Positions 57,222-64,000 of a DNA stretch of 64,000 bases are shown one piece after another. Made by a program: the position numbers and the translations under genes. Source of the DNA: Myxococcales bacterium (GTDB lineage Bacteria; Myxococcota_A; Polyangia; Polyangiales; Houyiibacteriaceae). Each line of letters opens with the position of its first letter. Position 1 is the stretch's first letter. The notes below the pieces were generated by a model. That model ran no database searches. It had not been told where the DNA came from and saw nothing but the letters and a program-made list of their open reading frames with translations. The DNA lies in NCBI GenBank assembly GCA_012744445.1, contig JAAYBZ010000200.1, positions 3,745 to 67,744 of the forward strand. The letters run 5' to 3'.

Positions 57222-58477
57222 TGGGGCGGCTCTCGTTCAAGATGCCCGACATCGGCGAGGGCGTACACGAAGGCGAGATCGTGAAGTGGTACGTGGCGCC
57301 CGGCTCGAGGGTCGCCGAGGACGACCCCCTCGTCGAGGTGATGACCGACAAGGCGACGGTCACGATCGCCTCGCCCACCGACGCACGCGTCGTCGAGGTC
57401 CGCGTGCCCGAGCGCCGCGTCGCGAAGGTGGGCGAGGTGCTCGTCCTGCTCGAGGTCGAGGACGCGCCCGCCGACGAGCCGGCGCCCGCGCCTCCGGGCG
57501 CCGCGACGACGCGCGACGAGGGGCCGGTGGCGAGCGCCGTCGGCGTCCTGCGCGACGACGTCGCCGGCGCCGCGATCTACCGCGCGCGTCGCGCGAAGAG
57601 CGGCAACGGACACCCCAAGGGGCGACGCGTGCTCGCCGCGCCGGCCACGCGAAAGCGCGCGCGCGAGCTCGGCATCGATCTCGCGCAGGTCCAGGGCACG
57701 GGCCCGGAGGGGCGCGTCACGCGCGCCGATCTCGAGCGCGCCGCGGTCGATGGAGGCGGAGAGCTGGCCGTCCTCGAGCGCCGCCCCCTCTCCGTACGGC
57801 GGAGGGCGATCGCCGCGCGCATGGAAGAGAGCCGCGACCGCGCGGTGCAGCTCAGCCTCGTCGAGGAATGCGATTTCACCGCGCTCGTCGCCCTCCGCGA
57901 GCGACTCTCGCCCTTCGCCGAGCGGCGCGGCGTGAAGCTCCACTTCCTGCCCTTCGTGGTGAAGGCCACGGTGGCCGCGCTCCGTGAGCACCCCGAGCTC
58001 AACGCCCGCTACGACGACGCTCGCGGCGAGCTCGTGCTCTACCGCGACGTCGTGCTCGGCATCGCGGCCGCGGCCGAAGAGGGCCTCGTCGTGCCGGTGC
58101 TCCGCGGGGCCGAAGAGCGCTCGCTGCTCGGGATCGCCCAGGAGATCGAGCGCCTCGGGCGCGGCGCGCGGGAGAACACCCTGCCGCCCCACGAGCTCCG
58201 GGGCTCCACCTTCTCGATCACCTCGCTCGGCAAGATCGGCGGCCTCTTCGCCACGCCCATCCTGAACCCGCCCGAGCTCGGCATCCTCGGGGTCCACCGG
58301 ATGAAGGAGCGGCCGGTCGTGAAGGACGGCGCGATCGTCGTGGCGCCGGTGGCCCACCTCTCGCTGACCTTCGACCACCGCTTCATCGACGGCGACCTCG
58401 CGGCGCGCTTCCTCTACGCCGTCATCGAGCGCCTCGAGCAGCCCGAGGCGCTCCTCCTCGAGCTCGGCCGCGATTAG
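57221..58477 (+). CDS. Dihydrolipoamide acyltransferase E2 subunit
   Basis: TGATG overlap with E1 beta. Lipoyl domain with VEVMTDKATV. Peripheral subunit-binding domain (LAAPATRKRARELGIDL..VQGTGPEGRVT). Catalytic DHRFIDG. Confidence 0.93.
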   Translation: MGRLSFKMPDIGEGVHEGEIVKWYVAPGSRVAEDDPLVEVMTDKATVTIASPTDARVVEVRVPERRVAKVGEVLVLLEVEDAPADEPAPAPPGAATTRDEGPVASAVGVLRDDVAGAAIYRARRAKSGNGHPKGRRVLAAPATRKRARELGIDLAQVQGTGPEGRVTRADLERAAVDGGGELAVLERRPLSVRRRAIAARMEESRDRAVQLSLVEECDFTALVALRERLSPFAERRGVKLHFLPFVVKATVAALREHPELNARYDDARGELVLYRDVVLGIAAAAEEGLVVPVLRGAEERSLLGIAQEIERLGRGARENTLPPHELRGSTFSITSLGKIGGLFATPILNPPELGILGVHRMKERPVVKDGAIVVAPVAHLSLTFDHRFIDGDLAARFLYAVIERLEQPEALLLELGRD

Positions 58478-58478
58478 A

Positions 58479-58886
58479 TCACTTGGGCACGTCCTCGTTG
58501 TAGGCGCGCGTCATCTCGTCGATCCCCTTCTGGATGTCCGCTCGGAAGCGCCGCTCGAGCGTCGGGTTCCACTTGGGGTCGAGCTCGGCCGCGGTCGCGA
58601 TGAGGCAGTCGATCCAGATGGAGTAGAGCGCCGGATCCACGTTGAGATCGCTGCGCGTGTGGCGCTGCCCGAGGCGGCGCACGGCCATCTCGCCGATGGC
58701 GCTGCCGGCCGCGTACTCGAGGAGCACGTGCACGCCGTGCTCGAAGAGGGCGTTCTGCCTCTCGAAATTGGTGTTGGCGAACAACCGCTTGATGCGCACG
58801 TCCGACGCGAGCAGGTGTTCGTAGAAGCGGGGCGCAAAGCGCGCCGTCCGGCGAAGGCGCCGATAGCTGTCGAGCGGCGTAGGCAT
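58479..58886 (-). CDS. Single-domain globin-like protein
   Basis: 135 aa. FAPRFYEHLL (B9-B10 Phe-Tyr), RLFANT (CD1 Phe), FERQNALF (E7 Gln candidate), LGQRH (F8 His candidate) and VDPALYSIWIDCLI (G helix) align with the 3-on-3 bacterial globin pattern. Confidence 0.65.
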   Translation of the reverse strand: MPTPLDSYRRLRRTARFAPRFYEHLLASDVRIKRLFANTNFERQNALFEHGVHVLLEYAAGSAIGEMAVRRLGQRHTRSDLNVDPALYSIWIDCLIATAAELDPKWNPTLERRFRADIQKGIDEMTRAYNEDVPK

Positions 58887-59008
58887 CTGGACGGATCTCC
58901 TCGGACTGCAGGGAGACTGGGCCGGTACTATTTAGACAACGCACGCCAAGTGCAACCGCGTGAAATCCTCTGGTTCGACGACACCAGGGAGCATCCCTAG
59001 AGTTGGGC

Positions 59009-60088
59009 ATGCGCGCACGAGTTCGCGACGCCCTCGTTCACTACTTCGACCGACACGCGCGGGATCTGCCATTTCGTCGCACCAAGGATCCGTATGCGAT
59101 CTGGGTCAGCGAGGTGATGGCGCAGCAGACGCGCATCGAGACGGTCGTGCCCTACTTCGAGCGCTTCGTCGCTCGTTTCCCCACGGTGGAGGCGCTCGCA
59201 TCCGCGAGCGAGGACGAGGTGCTCGCCGCGTTCTCCGGCCTCGGCTACTACCGCCGCGCGCGCCTCCTGCACGCCGGCGCGAAGGAGGTCGTGGCGCGAC
59301 ACGGCGGTGAGGTCCCTCGCGATCCGGCGGCGCGGCGCGCGCTCCCCGGGGTGGGCCGTTACACGGCAGGCGCCATCGGTTCGATCGCTTTCGATCTCCC
59401 CGAGCCCATCGTCGACGGCAACGTCGCCCGCGTCCTCGCCCGCCTCCACCGCATCGAGCTCCCCCTCGGCACGGCGGCGATGGAGGCGCGGCTCTGGGCC
59501 GAGGCGGAGGCCCTCGTCGAGGGCGAGCGCCCCGGCGACCTGAACCAGGCCCTCATGGAGCTCGGGGCGACCATCTGCACGCCGCGCGGGCCGCGCTGCG
59601 ACCTCTGCCCCATCGCGTTCGCCTGCGAGGCGCGCGCACACGGCGACGTCGAGCGCCTCCCCGTCCCCAAGAAGCGGAAGGCGCCCACCGAGAAGCGCCT
59701 CCTCGTGGTGGTGGCCACGCAGGGACCGGACGACGATCCGTCGGTCCTCCTCACGAAGCGCGAGGGCTCCCTCTTCGGGGGCCTCCACGCCCTGCCCACG
59801 ATCGAGCGCACGGGCGACGACGTGCGCGACGTCCGCGCCGCGCTCCGCGAGCTCGGCGTCGTCACCCGGCGGAGGCCGACCTTCCACGGCGGCTTCGTGC
59901 ACGTCCTGAGCCACCTCGCGCTCGAGGTGGAGGTGGCCTCGGTCGCGCCCATCTCGGCCGCCGAAGGCCTCGTGCGGAGGAGCGCGATCGCGGAGGTGGG
60001 CCTCTCGACCCTCACCCGGCGCGCGCTCGAGACCGCCGGCTTTCTCTCGCCTCCGCCTCGGCGAAGTGGGCGGCGAGCTCCGCGTTGA
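59009..60088 (+). CDS. mutY: A/G-specific adenine DNA glycosylase
   Basis: ATG at 59009 (the track start at 59003 is a TTG). PYAIWVSEVMAQQT, HhH-GPD GLGYYRRAR and VDGNVARV motifs. 4Fe-4S loop CTPRGPRCDLCPIAFAC. C-terminal NUDIX-like domain. Confidence 0.92.
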   Translation: MRARVRDALVHYFDRHARDLPFRRTKDPYAIWVSEVMAQQTRIETVVPYFERFVARFPTVEALASASEDEVLAAFSGLGYYRRARLLHAGAKEVVARHGGEVPRDPAARRALPGVGRYTAGAIGSIAFDLPEPIVDGNVARVLARLHRIELPLGTAAMEARLWAEAEALVEGERPGDLNQALMELGATICTPRGPRCDLCPIAFACEARAHGDVERLPVPKKRKAPTEKRLLVVVATQGPDDDPSVLLTKREGSLFGGLHALPTIERTGDDVRDVRAALRELGVVTRRRPTFHGGFVHVLSHLALEVEVASVAPISAAEGLVRRSAIAEVGLSTLTRRALETAGFLSPPPRRSGRRAPR

Positions 60089-60860
60089 GGCGCTCGGCGC
60101 ATTGGAAGATCACCCCGTGCCCCGCCTCGTCGTAGCGGGAGAGGCGCGCGCCGGGGATGCGCCGCGCGAGCTCGTCGCTGCCCGCGGCGCGCACGAGGAC
60201 GTCCTTGCCAGGGCGCACCACGAGCGTCGGGGCGTCGATGCGGTGGAGCCGCGAGACGGTGTGGTGACGCGCGATCGCCGCGATCTGCGCGAGGAGCACG
60301 GGCGTCGGCGTCGCGCGCCGCATCATCTGGCGCATCCGCGCGTCGAGCACGTCCTCGCCGGTGCTCGAGACGAACTCGGGCGGATAGAGGAGCGCGCGCG
60401 TGGTCCGCATGCGGGAGGCGGCGTCGCCCATGAAGGTCTGCGGGAAGAGGACGAGGCCTTCACGCGGGGGGAGGACGTAGCGCGGGCTCCCGGGGTGCGT
60501 GGCGACGAGCGCGAGCGAGCGCACCCGCGAAGGATGCCGGAGCGCCATCTCCTGCGCGATCATGCCGCCCATGGAGACGCCGACCACGTGCGCGCGCTCG
60601 AGGCCGACCGCGTCGAGGACCCGGCAGGCGTCGTCGGCGAGGAGCGCCATGGAGAACGCCCGCCGATCGCCGCGCTCGCTCGCGCCCACGCCGCGGTTGT
60701 CGAAGGCGACGAGGCGGTGCGTCCCCTCGAGCCCCGCGAGCTGCGGCTCCCAGAGCTCCTTGCCCATCCCAAAGCCCATGATCAGGAGCACGTCGGGTCC
60801 GCTCGTGCCGCGGACGACGTAGGCGAGGCGCGGCGAGGTCTCGGTCATGCGCTCGCTCAT
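60012..60860 (-). CDS. Alpha/beta-fold hydrolase
   Basis: Start at MSERMTETSP. LLIMGFGMG (oxyanion region). Nucleophile elbow VGVSMGG. C-terminal GHGV (His). The 3' end overlaps mutY by 77 nt (convergent). Confidence 0.85.
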   Translation of the reverse strand: MSERMTETSPRLAYVVRGTSGPDVLLIMGFGMGKELWEPQLAGLEGTHRLVAFDNRGVGASERGDRRAFSMALLADDACRVLDAVGLERAHVVGVSMGGMIAQEMALRHPSRVRSLALVATHPGSPRYVLPPREGLVLFPQTFMGDAASRMRTTRALLYPPEFVSSTGEDVLDARMRQMMRRATPTPVLLAQIAAIARHHTVSRLHRIDAPTLVVRPGKDVLVRAAGSDELARRIPGARLSRYDEAGHGVIFQCAERLNAELAAHFAEAEARESRRSRARAG

Positions 60861-61543
60861 GGGAAGACGGGCATCTCGAGCGGCGCTGGCCGCGGGAGCG
60901 CGAGCCGCTCGAGGAAGGTCGGCGGGGAGTCCTCGTGCGACGCGTGGAACTCGACCTCTTCGCGCTCGAAGTCGACGATCGCGACCACGGGATCGTCGTC
61001 GCGGAGGATCGTCCCGGCGTTGACGACCACGAGGCCGGTGAAGACGCGCACCATGCGCACGTGGGTATGCCCCCCGGCGTAGTACTGGATCTCGGGGTCG
61101 AGCATGAGCTCGCGGAGCGCGTCGATGTCCTGGAGCGCGTAACCCGAGGTCTCGGGACGCAGGAAGGCCATGTCGTCCTCGCCCACGCCGTGTCCGAGGA
61201 GCAGCCCGCCGCGCGGCGTCTCGTACCGCCGCGTCGGGGGGAGCGACTCGAGATAGCGCCGGGCGCGCACCGAGAGCGCGGGCGTGGCGAGCCTCCGCGC
61301 CCGCTCCTCCCCGGCGAGGAACCAGCGCTCGTGGTTGCCGCGGATCGCGTCGACGCGCGCATCCTCGAGGAGCGCGAGCGTCCGCTCGACGTCGCCGTAC
61401 CCATCGACGAGATCCCCGGCCACGAGCACCCGATCCACCGTACACGCGGCGAAGAACTCGAGGGCGCGTTCGAGCCTTCGATCTTCGCCGTGGACGTCTC
61501 CGATCAAGCCCACGCGGCTCACCGAGGGATGGGTCGTGGCCAC
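60857..61543 (-). CDS. Metallophosphoesterase (calcineurin-like)
   Basis: No in-frame ATG near the domain start, so I propose GTG at 61543 (VATTHPSVSRVGLIGDVHG). Motifs GDVHG, AGDLVDGYG, GNHE and GGHTH. The stop overlaps the downstream hydrolase start (ATGA). Confidence 0.8.
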   Translation of the reverse strand: MATTHPSVSRVGLIGDVHGEDRRLERALEFFAACTVDRVLVAGDLVDGYGDVERTLALLEDARVDAIRGNHERWFLAGEERARRLATPALSVRARRYLESLPPTRRYETPRGGLLLGHGVGEDDMAFLRPETSGYALQDIDALRELMLDPEIQYYAGGHTHVRMVRVFTGLVVVNAGTILRDDDPVVAIVDFEREEVEFHASHEDSPPTFLERLALPRPAPLEMPVFP

Positions 61544-61702
61544 GGGCCGATCGTACCAGCCCGGCCGGCCGCGGTCGACGCCGACGAAGAGGAAAAAGGC
61601 TCGCAATTCGGCCTCGTTGGACGTGGTTTTCGAGCATCCTTCGCCCTCGTTTCGGCGCCCCTTCCGGCGCGCTTCCGCTTGCCGCCCGGGCGGTCCGCGG
61701 CG

Positions 61703-62542
61703 ATGCTCTCGGGCATGGCCCTCGGCGGACTCCACGACCTCGAGAAGATTGCGCCCACGGCGGAGTTCACGGCCGCGGTCTGGGCCGAGCTCGGCCTCGA
61801 GAACGCCGAGCACTTCGTCACGCCCCGCGGCGCGCGGCTGCTCCGCGCGTACTCGCGCGCGGCCGAGCCCCTCCTCCGGCGCGTGGGCGACGGCCCCTCG
61901 CTCGTCGAATACCTCGAGTATCGCCACCGCGCGATCGACCAGGAGCTCGAGGCGATCGGGCCGGATCGCATCCTCGAGTGCGCCGCCGGCCTCTCCCGGC
62001 GCGGCCTGACCTTCGCGAAGCGCGGCGTGCCCGTGCTCGAGCTCGACCTCCCGCACATGGTCGAGGCCAAACGGAGACGCCTTGCGGAGCTCGACGTGCC
62101 CACGCACCTCCGCGTCGAGGCGTGCGATCTCCTCACCGACGAATTCGAGGCCAAGGCCCGCGCCTTCTTCGCGGGCGCCGAGCGCCCCGCGATCGTCGCC
62201 GAGGGCTTCATGTCGTATCTGCCGCTCGGCGTCCGCGGGAGCTTCATCGGGCGCGTGGCCGACGCGCTCAGGCCGACGGGCGGCGCGTTCGTCGGCGATT
62301 TCCGCCTCGCGCCGCAGTCGGTGCGGGCGCGCGCGGTCCAGCTCGGCTTCCGCCTCTTGAACCGCGCCGTCACCTCGGGGCGGGGCCTCCGCGAAGACTT
62401 CCCGAGCCTCGCGATGCTCGCCACCTATCTCGAGGCGTCCGGCTTCGACCGCATCGAGCCCGTCGCGCCGCGCGACGTCGTCGGCGAGCGGGGCGAGCTG
62501 CCGCACCCGGGGCTCGTCCTCGCCGCCTTCGTCGACCGCTGA
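61703..62542 (+). CDS. Class I SAM-dependent methyltransferase (LCM / O-methyltransferase-like)
   Basis: Internal ATG (MLSGMALGG...). ILECAAGLSRRG (motif I-like), VLELDLP and IVAEGFMSYLP resemble leucine-carboxyl/polyketide O-methyltransferase-type proteins. Tentative. Confidence 0.65.
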   Translation: MLSGMALGGLHDLEKIAPTAEFTAAVWAELGLENAEHFVTPRGARLLRAYSRAAEPLLRRVGDGPSLVEYLEYRHRAIDQELEAIGPDRILECAAGLSRRGLTFAKRGVPVLELDLPHMVEAKRRRLAELDVPTHLRVEACDLLTDEFEAKARAFFAGAERPAIVAEGFMSYLPLGVRGSFIGRVADALRPTGGAFVGDFRLAPQSVRARAVQLGFRLLNRAVTSGRGLREDFPSLAMLATYLEASGFDRIEPVAPRDVVGERGELPHPGLVLAAFVDR

Positions 62543-62546
62543 TCGG

Positions 62547-63986
62547 CTAGGCGATCTTGGCGTGATCGGGCCGCGCCCGCCGCGCGTTCGCGGCGGGGAG
62601 ATAGATCTCGAACGTCGTGCCCTCGCCTTCGCGGCTCTGTACCCGCACGCCTCCGCCGGCCTGCCTCACGATGCCGTAGACGGTGGAGAGCCCGAGCCCC
62701 GTCCCCTGCTCGCCCTTGGTGGAGAAATAGGGCTCGAAGATCCGGCCGAGCACGTCGTCGGCGATGCCGGTCCCGGTGTCGCTCACCGTGAGGCAGAGGT
62801 TCTCGCCGCGCGGGAGGGCGACCTCGTCGGCCCATTCGCGAGGCACGGCCGCGCGCGAGGCGCGGATGGTGACGGTGCCTCCCTTGGGCATCGCGTCCCG
62901 CGCGTTCGCGACGAGGTTCATGAGGACCTGCTCGAGCTGCACCGGATCCACCCTGACGAGCGGGAGCTCCGGCTCGACCTCCACCACGAGCTTCACTTCG
63001 TGCCCGGAGAGGCGCGCGAGGAGCGGCTTCATCCCCTCGAGGGCCTCGGCGACGTCGAGCGAGACCGGGTTCTGCGGGCGCTGCCGTGCGAAGACGAGGA
63101 GCTGCTCGACGAGTCGGCCCGCGCGATCGGACGCGCTCAGGACGTGCCCGATCTGCTCGTGCATCGTGACGTCGGCCACCTTGCTCTTCTTGAGCAAGCT
63201 GGCGTAGGCGCGGATCACGGTGAGGTAGTTGTTGAAGTCGTGCGCGATGGAGCCCGCCATGTCGCCGAGCCGCTCCATGCGCTCGACGCGCGAGAGGCGC
63301 TCCTCCATGCGCTTCACGTCGGTCACGTCGTAGACGCAGCCCTCGAGGAAGACCTCGCCCCCGTTGCGTACGGGGGTGCCCTGCTCCGTGACCCAGCGCT
63401 CCCGCCCGGAGGCGTCGCGGATCCGGTAGATGACGCTGAAGCTCCGGTCCTCGGCGATGGCGCGCACGACCTCGTCGCGGACGCGCGCGCGATCGTCGGG
63501 GTGCGTGAGGTCCGCGAAGGAGAGGCCGGCGTCGCCGAGGAGCGCGGAGGGCGGATAGCCGGTGACGGCTTCGCATCCGTCGCTCAGGAACTCCATGGTC
63601 CAGCGCTCGTCGTTCTTGCAGCGGTAGACGAGGCCGGGGACGTTCGAGAGCAGCGTCGAGAGGGCGCGGTGCTTCTCGAGGATCGCCGCGTGCGATCGCT
63701 CGATGGAGCGCGTCGTTCGGCGGACGAGGAGGAAGAGGAGCGCGGTGGTGGCGGCGATGAAGAGCCAGCCCTTCATCGTCTGCGCGTGGGTGAGCCACTC
63801 GGCGTCGAGATCGAAGAGGGCGAGGAAGCCGTCGGAGAGCGCGATCCACGCGGCGCCGATCAGGGCGTAGACGAGCGTGATGCTCTGCTGGGCCGACCCG
63901 AGCCCAGGTGCGTCGGGTTCGGTCCACGCGCTCGAGCGCCCCTCCCTCGCGCGTGACTCGTGTTGCTCCTGCGCCGCCCTCACCAC
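62547..63986 (-). CDS. Membrane-anchored PAS-domain sensor histidine kinase
   Basis: Two N-terminal TMs. PAS region (VYRCKNDERWTMEFLSDGCEAVTGY). H-box GSIAHDFNNYLTVI, N-box LMNLVANARDA, G1 DTGTGI, G2 GTGLGLS. Confidence 0.9.
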   Translation of the reverse strand: MVRAAQEQHESRAREGRSSAWTEPDAPGLGSAQQSITLVYALIGAAWIALSDGFLALFDLDAEWLTHAQTMKGWLFIAATTALLFLLVRRTTRSIERSHAAILEKHRALSTLLSNVPGLVYRCKNDERWTMEFLSDGCEAVTGYPPSALLGDAGLSFADLTHPDDRARVRDEVVRAIAEDRSFSVIYRIRDASGRERWVTEQGTPVRNGGEVFLEGCVYDVTDVKRMEERLSRVERMERLGDMAGSIAHDFNNYLTVIRAYASLLKKSKVADVTMHEQIGHVLSASDRAGRLVEQLLVFARQRPQNPVSLDVAEALEGMKPLLARLSGHEVKLVVEVEPELPLVRVDPVQLEQVLMNLVANARDAMPKGGTVTIRASRAAVPREWADEVALPRGENLCLTVSDTGTGIADDVLGRIFEPYFSTKGEQGTGLGLSTVYGIVRQAGGGVRVQSREGEGTTFEIYLPAANARRARPDHAKIA

Positions 63987-64000
63987 GGAACGAGTGGACC

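Overview
Very GC-rich chromosomal segment (by eye about 70% GC or more, with extreme GC3). The gene content looks myxobacterial: several Ser/Thr kinases, an FHA/sigma-54 activator, a Myxococcus-type cysteine-rich repeat protein and an esg-like bkd operon. That taxonomic placement is an inference only. I call about 58 protein-coding genes, mostly housekeeping or accessory metabolism. Starts were refined from the ORF track by motif position, ATGA/TGATG translational coupling and GC3. I recognised no rRNA, tRNA, CRISPR array, transposase/IS or prophage genes. Most very long ORFs in the track are antisense or out-of-frame shadow ORFs, as expected at this GC content.

Main content:
- ligD-ku NHEJ operon
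- oxyR/ahpCF
- MoxR-DUF58-transglutaminase operon
- lipA plus a 2-oxoacid dehydrogenase (bkd-like) operon
- mutY
- two globins
- a second peroxiredoxin, followed by a thioredoxin-like gene and two ferritin-like genes
- two Ser/Thr kinases

Most unusual items:
- A 1178-aa cysteine-rich repeat lipoprotein with 13 regular repeat units and a compositionally distinct, unrecognisable C-terminal domain.
- A divergent locus combining a small PCP_red-type ORF missing from the ORF track, an EBP/EXPERA-like membrane protein, an acyl-CoA synthetase, a ketopantoate-reductase-like fusion protein and an FAD oxidoreductase.
- The Trx-like plus double ferritin-like gene set.

I did not find a clear-cut novel defence or mobile system. 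All family assignments rest on motifs I recognise by eye, not on database searches.
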